Of a stretch of DNA of 64,000 nucleotides, positions 30,308 through 38,481 are shown piece by piece. Below the pieces are notes generated by a model that saw only the letters and a program-made list of their open reading frames with translations, did no database searches and had not been told where the DNA came from. Each line of letters starts with the position of its first letter. The stretch's first letter is position 1. The stretch spans positions 63,686 to 127,685 of the forward strand of contig JBBIUY010000005.1 in the NCBI GenBank assembly GCA_037440005.1, given 5' to 3'. The position numbers and the translations under genes are program-made. This stretch comes from Armatimonadota bacterium. GTDB taxonomy: Bacteria > Sysuimicrobiota > Sysuimicrobiia > Sysuimicrobiales > Kaftiobacteriaceae.

Positions 30308-30964
30308 GTGGACGAGCGCGTGCCCGTGGCCCTGGTGTACGCCAGCCGGCTGCTGCGGGAGGGGATGCGGGACCTGCTGGAGCGGCAGCCGGACGTGCGG
30401 GTGGTGGGGGTCTTCAGCGACCTCCGGGCGGTCCTGGCGCGGCCGGCGGCGGACGAGCACGTCCTCCTGTGCGACCTGGCCACGGTTCAGAAGGAGCCGG
30501 AGCTGACGCGCCGGCTCCGGGAGGCGCTCCCCCTCGCCCGGGTGGTCTTTCTCAACGTTCCCGAAGACGAGGACGCCGTGGTGGAGTGCGTCGGCGCGGG
30601 GGCCTTCGGGTGCATCCTCCAGGACGCGTCCCTGGAGGAGGTCCTGGAGGGCATCCGGGAGGTCTGGCACGGCACCCCGGCCATGTCCCCCCGCTGCCTG
30701 ACCTTCCTGTTCCGCTACGTGGCCAAAACCCGGTCGGGAGCCGCCCCGCCGTCGGACGCGGGCCTCACCCGCCGGGAGCGCCAGATCCTGGAGCTGATCG
30801 CCGAGGGGCTGACCAACAAGGAGATCGCCCAGCGCCTGTGCCTGCAGCCCCAGACGGTGAAGAACTACGTCCACCAGGTCCTGCAGAAGCTGGAGGTGCG
30901 CAGCCGGCTGGAGGCCATCCGACGGATGCGGGCATCCGGCCGCCTGTCCTCCCCCACCTCGTAG
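30308..30964 (+). CDS. NarL/LuxR family response regulator (atypical receiver)
   Basis: REC-like N-terminus; [25 protein letters not shown]...TVKNYV. No histidine kinase in the window. Confidence 0.9.
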   Translation: MDERVPVALVYASRLLREGMRDLLERQPDVRVVGVFSDLRAVLARPAADEHVLLCDLATVQKEPELTRRLREALPLARVVFLNVPEDEDAVVECVGAGAFGCILQDASLEEVLEGIREVWHGTPAMSPRCLTFLFRYVAKTRSGAAPPSDAGLTRRERQILELIAEGLTNKEIAQRLCLQPQTVKNYVHQVLQKLEVRSRLEAIRRMRASGRLSSPTS

Positions 30965-31007
30965 CGCGGCCGAAGACACAGAGTCCGCTCCGGTGGTGCG
31001 GATCGAG

Positions 31008-31019
31008 GTACCGGTACTC
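31008..31019. promoter_or_regulatory. Palindromic operator-like element GTACCGGTAC(TC), copy 1
   Basis: Exact 12-bp repeat of 31549-31560; both copies are intergenic. Confidence 0.45.
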
Positions 31020-31156
31020 TTTTCGGTACCCGGGTGTCTGGTCAGCGGCGTGCCCGCCCCGTAGGGTTAGGTTCCGGGCGCCCGGGCCGTGCCGCGTCAC
31101 GGACCGGTGCTCTCATCGAGCGGCGCGCGTACGTCGGTCCCACCCGAGCGGCGAGG

Positions 31157-31528
31157 ATGGACAAGGCGAAGGTCCTGCTGGCCCACGTGCCCCGGATCCT
31201 CGGCGACGTCCTCACCCACATCCTGGAGGGCCAGCCCGACATCGCCGTGGTGGGCGAGGTGGACACCCTCGACGACCTGCCCCGGGCCGTGGCGCGCCTG
31301 CGACCCGCGGCCGTGATCCTCACCCCGCTGCCCCGGACCGGGGGCCGGTGGAGTCTCCGGATCCTGTGGGATCGCTGCCCCGAGCTCCTGGTGGTCGAGA
31401 TCGACGCCGACCACGACCGGGTAGTGGTGCGGTCCGCCGACGGCCGGTCGCGGCATCTGGAACTGTCGGCAGCCGGCATCGTCCAGGCCGTCAGGAGCGC
31501 AGCGGGCCAGCCGCGGCCGGACCGGTAA
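31157..31528 (+). CDS. Stand-alone degenerate receiver-like protein
   Basis: KVLLAH...ILEGQPDIAVVGEV...RLRPAAVIL; resembles a NarL receiver but lacks the phospho-acceptor Asp. Confidence 0.65.
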   Translation: MDKAKVLLAHVPRILGDVLTHILEGQPDIAVVGEVDTLDDLPRAVARLRPAAVILTPLPRTGGRWSLRILWDRCPELLVVEIDADHDRVVVRSADGRSRHLELSAAGIVQAVRSAAGQPRPDR

Positions 31529-31548
31529 GGGCCCGCCGGCTGCCCTCC

Positions 31549-31560
31549 GTACCGGTACTC
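31549..31560. promoter_or_regulatory. Palindromic operator-like element GTACCGGTAC(TC), copy 2
   Basis: Exact repeat of 31008-31019, with further GTAC half-sites at 31563, 31584 and 31614. Confidence 0.45.
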
Positions 31561-31768
31561 CCGTACCTCCGGCGGACGCCGTCGTACCGATTCGTCGATC
31601 AGGACCATCTTGAGTACCGCCCGTATCTGGGCGGACCCCGCCCCTGTCCCTCATCGTGGTGGTAACCCTACGGTCGTCTCACGGGAGAGGCGCAGGAGGT
31701 GGGGGAGGGCGGAGCCGACGCCTTCGCAGGGCGCGCTCGATCACGTTGGACGGAGAGGTGATGGCGAC

Positions 31769-33325
31769 ATGGAGTCACCGCAGACGCGATATCGCAAGAC
31801 GGGGTGGGGGCTGATCGCGGCCGCCGCCGTGCTGGCGGTGGGGTTGCTCGCGTACCCCTACCTGGGCCGCGCGCCGGTGTCCACCGGCGTGGCCGAGGCC
31901 CAGGCACCGGCCAGCGTGGCCCAGGAGCAGGCGCCGGCCGCTCCGGAGCCGACAGCGCCGGCCGCTCCGGAGCCGACAGCGCCGGCCGCTCCGGAGCCGA
32001 CAGCGCCGGCCGCCCCGACGGCCCCGCAGGAACTGGGCATCAGCAAGAGCATCGCTCCCGACCTGACGGTGCGGTCTGCCCAGATCGTCCGGTTCAACCT
32101 CTTTGACAGGGAGGAAGAACTGGTGGAGTTCGTGTTCAGCGGCGAGATCCAGAGCGTGGAGGCCGCCGACGGCTTCATGCTCCTGGGTCCGCGCGCGACC
32201 GACGAGGCCATCTCCACGAGCGCCGCGCTGGTGGAGACGAACCGCCGGGCGGTCCTGGTGGGCTTCAAGGCGGGGACCAACGTCCCGGCCTATACTCTGG
32301 CCGCGGTCCGCAGCGGCGCCGTGAGCAACCTGGCGGGCAAGGTCAACCTGCAGGCGGTCATCCCCCTGGGAGCCCGGGGCGCGCTGCTCAAGCAGGGGCC
32401 CACGGCCGCACCCGCCCTGCTGTGGGTGTCCGTGGACCGCACCAAGGAGTGGATCACCTACGTGTTCGACGAGTCCCTGGACCAGACCCTGTCCCCCGAT
32501 CCCCGGAAGTTCGGCTACTACACGCGCAACGGACGCCTGCACCTGGGGCAGAGCCTGGTCAGCCTGTACGACCGGGCGGTGACCATTCAGTTTGACCGCT
32601 CGGGCGGCGACACGGTGGAGGATGCGGTGCGGTACTTCGTCCTGGACGACGCGGTGAAGGACCTGCAGGGAGCCGGCAACACGCCCCGGGCGGTGGGAAA
32701 CACGACAACCAAACCGGACCTGGTGAGCGTGGCCCGGATCGCCGACACCATGTTTGACTACACCTTCGACGAGGCGGTGACGGAGATCAAGCCGCAGGAG
32801 TTCACCGTGTGGACGATCCAGGGCGCCCGGTACCAGGGGTCCAGCTACGCCCGTCCCGACGCCCGGACCGTGCGGGTGGTGTTCCCCCAGCTGCGGTACG
32901 TGGGCGAGCAGGTGGTCCTGGCGGCGGTCGGGCCCGAGGCGGCCAAGGCGGCGGAGAGCATCACCTCGCCCAACACCGTGGGCGCCATGCGGCTGTCGCC
33001 GGCCGGTCGCGCCAACGGGCGGGTGGCGGCTCCCGAGCTCACCTCCATCGACGTGGACGACGACACGGGCATGGTGTCCTACAACTTCGACCGCGCCCTG
33101 AGCCGGCAGCTGACGCTGGACAAGATCGACCCCAAGAAGTTCACCATCGTCAGCAGCTCGGGCGACATCCAGCAGGGGCTGGCCGTGGCCGCCATCGGCA
33201 CCAACTGGGTGAGGATCCTCTTCAACAAGGACGAGGTCAAAGACGCCGTGGGGGCGGCCGTGGCGTCTGGAGCCGTCACCGACGACGAGGGCAACGGCAA
33301 CTTCCTCGGCTCGGTGCTGCGCTAG
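31769..33325 (+). CDS. Exported/surface protein: N-terminal anchor, Pro/Ala linker, four beta-rich repeats
   Basis: TM GWGLIAAAAVLAVGLL; (APAAPEPT)3; repeats with F-[SD]-x-[EA] cores (EFVFSGEI, TYVFDESL, DYTFDEAV, SYNFDRAL). Confidence 0.8.
   Translation: MESPQTRYRKTGWGLIAAAAVLAVGLLAYPYLGRAPVSTGVAEAQAPASVAQEQAPAAPEPTAPAAPEPTAPAAPEPTAPAAPTAPQELGISKSIAPDLTVRSAQIVRFNLFDREEELVEFVFSGEIQSVEAADGFMLLGPRATDEAISTSAALVETNRRAVLVGFKAGTNVPAYTLAAVRSGAVSNLAGKVNLQAVIPLGARGALLKQGPTAAPALLWVSVDRTKEWITYVFDESLDQTLSPDPRKFGYYTRNGRLHLGQSLVSLYDRAVTIQFDRSGGDTVEDAVRYFVLDDAVKDLQGAGNTPRAVGNTTTKPDLVSVARIADTMFDYTFDEAVTEIKPQEFTVWTIQGARYQGSSYARPDARTVRVVFPQLRYVGEQVVLAAVGPEAAKAAESITSPNTVGAMRLSPAGRANGRVAAPELTSIDVDDDTGMVSYNFDRALSRQLTLDKIDPKKFTIVSSSGDIQQGLAVAAIGTNWVRILFNKDEVKDAVGAAVASGAVTDDEGNGNFLGSVLR
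31931..32013 (+). repeat. 24-bp coding tandem repeat (3 full copies plus a partial)
   Basis: GCGCCGGCCGCTCCGGAGCCGACA at 31931, 31955 and 31979, partial at 32003; encodes APAAPEPT. Confidence 0.95.
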
Positions 33326-33346
33326 AGACCGTCGGTGAGGCGGGTC

Positions 33347-33380
33347 GGCCGGGGCTCCGGGATTCTCCGGGGCCCCGGCC
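33347..33380. terminator. GC-rich stem-loop after the surface-protein gene (possible terminator)
   Basis: GGCCGGGGCTCCGG-gattct-CCGGGGCCCCGGCC, 14-bp stem with one G-U pair; no U-tract. Confidence 0.4.
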
Positions 33381-33469
33381 CCCGCCGGGCCCGCGGGGGC
33401 CTCACCCCGCGGAACTCCGCGGTCCGTCTCCCTCCCCGGACGGAGGCGGGCAGCGAGGAGGTGGTGAGG

Positions 33470-34006
33470 ATGGTGCGCGAGATCCGGACCGTCGAGGTCC
33501 GGCCGCCGGACGGCCGGGAGCGGGACGGACACCCGGTGTGGGGCCACCGGTGGTACGACGTCGACCTGGAGCTGCAGGCTCTGGCGGTGTGGGAGGACGC
33601 GGGCAGGACGGCGGCGTCCGACCCGGTCGCCCCCCAGGCCGCCCTGGAGAAGGTCGCATCGCTGATCGAGCAGGACCGGGTGGCGGCGGCCCAGGCGGTG
33701 GTGTATGCGCTCGGGGGCGAGCGGCTGGCCCTGCGGCCCGAGTCCCTCCTGCGCCGGCTGTTCTTCCACCTGTCCCTGAACCGGTACGCGGCGTGGGGCG
33801 GAGACCAGGTCCGGTTTTTCAGCAAGCATCCGCTACACGCGTACCGGGGCCCGGTCCCGCCTCAGGCCCACGCCCTGCTGGCGCAGGTCCGGCAGGTGGG
33901 GGTCCGGGTGGACGAGGCAGCCGTTCTGCGGGACGAGACCTGGCCCGATCCGGTCCTGGCCGTGCGGGTGGCGGACGCGTGGTTTGCCCTGTACTCCTGG
34001 GAGTGA
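33470..34006 (+). CDS. Hypothetical protein
   Basis: RBS GAGGAGG; coherent ORF ending DPVLAVRVADAWFALYSWE; first gene of a tightly packed operon. Confidence 0.7.
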   Translation: MVREIRTVEVRPPDGRERDGHPVWGHRWYDVDLELQALAVWEDAGRTAASDPVAPQAALEKVASLIEQDRVAAAQAVVYALGGERLALRPESLLRRLFFHLSLNRYAAWGGDQVRFFSKHPLHAYRGPVPPQAHALLAQVRQVGVRVDEAAVLRDETWPDPVLAVRVADAWFALYSWE

Positions 34007-34016
34007 GGGGGGAGCG

Positions 34017-34583
34017 GTGTCGTCCCGGTGGGTGGTGGCGGCAGTGGCCGCGGGGGCGTGGGTGACCGGGGTGGCGATCGGGATCGTCCAGGTCGTCGCC
34101 GAGCCGTCCCTGGCCGTTCTCCTGCTCGTGACGGCTGTGGCCGTCACCGTCCTGCTGATCGCGCTGGCCCGCGGGTTGCGAGAGGGGGCCGCGGCGCCTT
34201 CCCCCCCGGCCGTCCGCGGCACCCGAGGGTTGGACGGCGGCCCGCGGGCCCGCACCCAGGGGTGGGCGCGCCTGCCCGGCGATGAGGCGCCGAGGGCGGT
34301 TCAGGAGTGGATGGAAACCGTCCTCACCCTGCCCCCGGCCTGGCAGGAGGACGCCCTCTACCTGGTGGCCCTGGCCACGGCGTCCCTACCCGAGCCTGAC
34401 CGCAGCCGCGTCCTGGCCGCCCGGGCGCGGGCGATGGCGTCCGCCCCCGAGGACTGGCGGACGGCGCTGTGGCACCGGCACGCGGGGATGCTGGGGCGCC
34501 TGCGGGGACCGGTGCGAGAGCAGGAAGCCCGGTGGCTCACCGAGGTGGCGGCGGCGTGGGTCGGCCGGGCGTCAGACGCCTGA
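34017..34583 (+). CDS. Two-TM protein with a C-terminal 19-aa repeat domain
   Basis: Two hydrophobic helices, then RLPGDE...TLPPAW...SLPEPDR...SAPEDWR (prolines 19 aa apart). Confidence 0.75.
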   Translation: MSSRWVVAAVAAGAWVTGVAIGIVQVVAEPSLAVLLLVTAVAVTVLLIALARGLREGAAAPSPPAVRGTRGLDGGPRARTQGWARLPGDEAPRAVQEWMETVLTLPPAWQEDALYLVALATASLPEPDRSRVLAARARAMASAPEDWRTALWHRHAGMLGRLRGPVREQEARWLTEVAAAWVGRASDA

Positions 34584-34600
34584 GGGGAGGCGAGGGCGAG

Positions 34601-34774
34601 ATGACGGGTCTGTCCTGGGTCAACGTCCTGGCGGGCATCTGGCTGGTCATCGCGCCGTGGGTGCTGGGCTACACCTCCACGGCCGCCAAGGTCAACGACG
34701 TCCTCCTGGGAGTCGTCATCGGCGTGGTGGCCCTCATCATCGCCGTCTCCCCGCCGCCCGCGCCGCAGCGGTGA
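34601..34774 (+). CDS. SPW-repeat small membrane protein
   Basis: SWVNVLAGIWLVIAPWVLGY...NDVLLGVVI matches the SPW repeat pattern. Confidence 0.8.
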   Translation: MTGLSWVNVLAGIWLVIAPWVLGYTSTAAKVNDVLLGVVIGVVALIIAVSPPPAPQR

Positions 34775-34784
34775 GGGGGCCGCT

Positions 34785-35066
34785 ATGGTCGGCATGGACT
34801 TCGTGTCCTTCCTGCTCCTCCTGGCCATCAGCGTGGTGGTGGTGGGGGTGAAGGCGGTCGCCACCGGCGGCGACAGCCTGCGCTCGGGCGCCGATGTCCT
34901 CTCGGACCTGGCGGTGGGGTGGATCGGAGGGTGGCTGGGCTCCCCCGTCTTCGGCCACTGGTTTGAGGGGGTGGCGTACCGCCAGACCTTCATCATCCCC
35001 GCGGTGCTGGGGGCGGGAGCCGCGGTGGCCCTCAAGACCGCCCACGACCGCCGCCGGACCGGCTGA
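34785..35066 (+). CDS. GlsB/YeaQ/YmgE (transglycosylase-associated) family small membrane protein
   Basis: VGWIGGWLGSPVFG...IIPAVLGA. Confidence 0.7.
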   Translation: MVGMDFVSFLLLLAISVVVVGVKAVATGGDSLRSGADVLSDLAVGWIGGWLGSPVFGHWFEGVAYRQTFIIPAVLGAGAAVALKTAHDRRRTG

Positions 35067-35080
35067 CGCCGGGCCCGTCG

Positions 35081-35106
35081 GGAATAGTGGCGGGGATCGG
35101 CCGGTA
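35081..35106 (+). promoter_or_regulatory. Candidate ECF promoter GGAAT-N18-GTA
   Basis: gGGAATAgtggcggggatcggccgGTAtgtc upstream of the 491-aa membrane protein. Confidence 0.5.
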
Positions 35107-35245
35107 TGTCATACGGGCGCCCCCATGCGGGTGCTGTGACCGAGGAGGGGCGGCCGGGCGGGCGAAGAATATATACGGGAATCCTGATCAATTTTCGTGG
35201 CGCCCTCTCGCCCGCCGGCGGTGACGGAACCCCACCATCGGAGAG

Positions 35246-36721
35246 GTGATGGCCATGACCGGGTCGAGCAGGGTCCTCCGGTACTCGCCTGCGGACGGCC
35301 GGCTCCCCGTCCTCCTGGAACTGCGGGAGGGGGTGGGGCCGGCGGTCGCGGTCATCTGGGTGGCGCTGGCCGTCGGCTTCGTGGTGTGGCGGTGGCCGTG
35401 GGCGTTTGCGGCCGCGGTGTGGGCCACCGTCACCACCATCATGCTGTGGCCGGTGGGCCGCCGGCTGGGCCATCCCTACCTGTCCTACCGGACGCCCTAC
35501 TTCATCATGGGCGTGCTGAGCATGGCCTACATCCTGTTCGCCGGGTTCATGCTCCAGTGGGCGCGGGTGCCCTTTCTGTGGAAGTCCCTGGTCTTCTGGG
35601 GCCTGGTGGCCGACCTGACGATCTTCGGCATCATCCCGGGGCTGCGCATGTCCATCGGCCGTCCCCTGCCCATGTTCTTCCGCCCCGACCTGATCTTCGG
35701 CGACGGCCGGGTCCTGTGCTGCGGCATCGTGGCGCTGGTCCTGGGGATGCGGTACCTCATCGGTAGTCCGCCCATGGGCGTGCCGTGGCCCGTGCCCCGG
35801 TGGAACTGGTGGGCGATCCTGTTCGCCATGGGGGCCGGCTTCCTCCCCCTGATCCCCGGGCGCGGGGTGACCAAGCTGCTGATGCGGCTGCGCCGGATGC
35901 GCGACGGGGTCTGGGGCGGATGGGGCGCCATCGTTCTGCGCGAGCTGCTCCTGGTGGTGTCGGCACTGGCCATCGGGTACGGGTTTCACAACGCCTTCCT
36001 GGGAGCGGCGCCCTTCACCGTCCCCATCCACACCGACGCGCCCGGATTCTGGACCGCCATCGCCATCATGGTGGTCTCCGCCTTCTGGCTGGTGGTGGTC
36101 CGGGGGGCGTACAAACGCTTTCTGGGCGACCCCTTCATCCGGGAGACCGTCGGGCAGTCGGTCCTCAAGCACACCATGCTGGTGGTGGGGCTGATCCCGC
36201 TCTTCTACGGGTTCATGTCGCTGCTGCACATGGACACCATGCACCTCTCCCGAGGGGTGGGAGGGTTGCGGACTCCGGCCAACATGGCGCTCATCTGGCC
36301 GGTGGGACTGCCCATCTTCCTGTGGGGGGTGACGGTCCTCATCCCCTTCCGGGTGGTGGTCCAGCACTACCAGCGGGAGGCCCTGGTGGCCCAGATGGCG
36401 GCGGTGCTCCTCCCGTCGTTCACCGCCGAGCAGCGCCGCCGGGTGCTGGTGAAGATGCTGCGGGCCCTGGCCCAGATGCCCGACGCCGAGCGGCTGCGCT
36501 ACATGCGGATCATGCAGCGGGCGATTCAGGGGGCCGACGAGAAGGTCCGAACCGTTATGACCGTCTCGCGGCTGGAGGCGCTGGCCGAGCTGGCGGCCGA
36601 CGACCGGCGGACGTGCATGCAGACCATGGACCGGGTCCTGGCGCTGGAGGGGGGACGCCCCGCCGCCCCGGGCGGCGAGGTTCCGACCGCTCCGGCGGAG
36701 GCGGTGACGGGCGGCGGGTAA
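35246..36721 (+). CDS. Large polytopic membrane protein (about 10 TM) with a C-terminal 19-aa repeat domain
   Basis: Many TM helices; RPDLIFGDGRVLCCG; tail repeats with Arg every 19 aa (AEQRRR, DAERLR, EKVRTV, DDRRTC). Confidence 0.82.
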   Translation: MMAMTGSSRVLRYSPADGRLPVLLELREGVGPAVAVIWVALAVGFVVWRWPWAFAAAVWATVTTIMLWPVGRRLGHPYLSYRTPYFIMGVLSMAYILFAGFMLQWARVPFLWKSLVFWGLVADLTIFGIIPGLRMSIGRPLPMFFRPDLIFGDGRVLCCGIVALVLGMRYLIGSPPMGVPWPVPRWNWWAILFAMGAGFLPLIPGRGVTKLLMRLRRMRDGVWGGWGAIVLRELLLVVSALAIGYGFHNAFLGAAPFTVPIHTDAPGFWTAIAIMVVSAFWLVVVRGAYKRFLGDPFIRETVGQSVLKHTMLVVGLIPLFYGFMSLLHMDTMHLSRGVGGLRTPANMALIWPVGLPIFLWGVTVLIPFRVVVQHYQREALVAQMAAVLLPSFTAEQRRRVLVKMLRALAQMPDAERLRYMRIMQRAIQGADEKVRTVMTVSRLEALAELAADDRRTCMQTMDRVLALEGGRPAAPGGEVPTAPAEAVTGGG

Positions 36722-36811
36722 CCCCGCCGTTGACGGAGAAAGGGGGCGGAGAATAGAATACGACTAACCGTATTGATTTCCGGGAACGTCACAGTGGTGG
36801 GAGGAGCGACC

Positions 36812-37255
36812 ATGCTGGACATGGTGAAGGCGATGGCGACGCTCGGCGAGGCGCAGCGGAAGACGATGCTGGCCGAGCGCATCCGCATGTTTGCCGAGAT
36901 GCCCGAGGACCAGCGGGCCCAGGCCATGCGCGAGATGATGGGGGCCCTGGTGACGCTGCCGCGGGACGACCAGAAGAAGCTCATCGGGACCCGGATGGCG
37001 GTGCTGCTGGAGCTGGACGACGCCTCCCGGCAGAAGGTGATGAGCACCCACATGCAGCTCATGAAGCAGATGCCGGTGCAGGCCCAGGTAACCGAGCTGG
37101 AGATCATCAACGAGCTGATGGACCAGATGGCCGAGAGCATGCGCCAGGTGGCCAAGCAGAAGATGGGGGGCATGATGGAGCCCATGCTCCACCAGCTGCA
37201 CGTCCAGCAGGGCAGGTCCTACGCCTGGTGTCCGTCCTGCCAGGTGCGCCGGTGA
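36812..37255 (+). CDS. Soluble Met-rich protein of six 19-aa repeats with a C-terminal CxxC
   Basis: RBS GGAGGAG; G12/P31/P50/D69/P88/A107 periodicity; 21 Met in 147 aa; ends HQLH...WCPSCQVRR. Confidence 0.85.
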   Translation: MLDMVKAMATLGEAQRKTMLAERIRMFAEMPEDQRAQAMREMMGALVTLPRDDQKKLIGTRMAVLLELDDASRQKVMSTHMQLMKQMPVQAQVTELEIINELMDQMAESMRQVAKQKMGGMMEPMLHQLHVQQGRSYAWCPSCQVRR

Positions 37256-37286
37256 GGATCATCCACAGGAGAGAGGGGGTGGGAGC

Positions 37287-37400
37287 GTGTGCGGGTGCTG
37301 CGGGCCGGTCTGGCCGGTGAAGGAGCCGTCCAAGCAGGAGACCCGCTCGACCGAGCGGGAGTCCAAGCAGCCCCAGAAGGAACCCGCGACCGCGCGGTAA
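37287..37400 (+). CDS. 37-aa Cys-rich microprotein (MCGCCG...)
   Basis: Read manually: GTG TGC GGG TGC TGC GGG ... TAA gives MCGCCGPVWPVKEPSKQETRSTERESKQPQKEPATAR; purine-rich RBS upstream; below the ORF-track length cutoff. Confidence 0.55.
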   Translation: MCGCCGPVWPVKEPSKQETRSTERESKQPQKEPATAR

Positions 37401-37481
37401 GCGCGCGGGCGACCCGGGTGCCGCCCGGGGGGCGGCGACGTCCGTGTCCGTCCCCCGGGCGGTCCCGCTGAACGCGTGCGC

Positions 37482-38192
37482 ATGGCCGACCCCCTGGCGG
37501 TCCTGCTGCCCTGGGCGTGGGCGGCCGGCGCCCTGGCCACGGCCAATCCGTGCGGGGCGGCGCTGCCGGCCTGGCTCTCCTACTACGTGGCCGGCACCCC
37601 GGTTCCGCCGGCCGGCGGCCACGTGCGCAGCGGCGTGGGCGTGGGCCTGGGGATGACGGCGGGGGTGCTGGCGGTGTTCGGGTCGGCCGGAGCGGTGGTG
37701 TCGGCGGTGGGGGCCGGAGTGGCGAGAGTCCTGCCGTGGGTGAATCTCATCGTCGGGGCGCTCATCGCGGCGGCGGGGGCTCTTCTGCTCCTGCGTCCCG
37801 GGTGGACCGTCGACAGCCCTTGGGGATCCCGGCTGTCGCTGCGGGTCGGGCGCGTGCGAGGCGCCGGCGCCTTCGTCGCCTTTGGGGCAGCCTACGGGGT
37901 CGCCTCGTTGGGGTGCTCGCTGCCGATCTTCCTGGCGGTGACGGCCCAGGCGCTGGCGGCCGGCGGATTCGTCCCGGGCCTGCTGGTGTTCGTCGCCTAC
38001 GGGGCGGGGATGGGGACCGTGTTGTTGGCTCTGGCCGTCGCCGTCGGCGCCGGCCGGGGAGTCGTGCTGGCCCGCCTGCGCGGGGCCGCCCCCTACCTGC
38101 GGGGCGCGGGAGCTGCGGGCATGGTGGCAGCCGGCGTCTACCTGGTGTACTACCAGGTGACCGTCGCCCGCGCCTGGCTGGGCTGGCTGTAG
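37482..38192 (+). CDS. CcdA/DsbD-beta family thiol-disulfide transmembrane electron transporter
   Basis: ANPCG and SLGCSLPIF conserved Cys pair; about 6 TM. Confidence 0.8.
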   Translation: MADPLAVLLPWAWAAGALATANPCGAALPAWLSYYVAGTPVPPAGGHVRSGVGVGLGMTAGVLAVFGSAGAVVSAVGAGVARVLPWVNLIVGALIAAAGALLLLRPGWTVDSPWGSRLSLRVGRVRGAGAFVAFGAAYGVASLGCSLPIFLAVTAQALAAGGFVPGLLVFVAYGAGMGTVLLALAVAVGAGRGVVLARLRGAAPYLRGAGAAGMVAAGVYLVYYQVTVARAWLGWL

Positions 38193-38210
38193 GCAGGGGG
38201 TGGGGCGTCC

Positions 38211-38405
38211 GTGAGGGAGTCCTGGACGGGTGTCGCCGTCGCGCTGCTGGCGGCGGCGTGCTGCCTGCTGGTTCCCCTGGCCGTCGCCGGCGGGGTGAGC
38301 GCGGTGGCGGGGGCCGCCGGCGGGCAGACGGGACTGGTGCTGGCCGGCGTGACCGTCACGGGTGTCGCCCTGGGGGTGTGGGCGTGGCGCCGCCGACGGG
38401 CCTAG
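38211..38405 (+). CDS. MerF/MerT-like small mercury-transport membrane protein
   Basis: Two TM helices with vicinal Cys (AAACCLLVP) in the first; directly upstream of merA. Confidence 0.55.
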   Translation: MRESWTGVAVALLAAACCLLVPLAVAGGVSAVAGAAGGQTGLVLAGVTVTGVALGVWAWRRRRA

Positions 38406-38481
38406 CCGGCGGGACGCCGGAGGGGGCGGCGAGACGGCGCGCCGCCCCATCGTGTCAGATCCGGACACAAGGAGGATTCCG

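Noticed and set aside
31931..32013. 24-bp direct repeats as a possible CRISPR array
   Set aside because: No spacers, in-frame coding linker, and no cas genes.
37253..37255. Other TGA stops (e.g. after 36812-37255, merA, MerR) as Sec codons
   Set aside because: They do not fall at conserved Cys positions, and the proteins appear complete at the stop.
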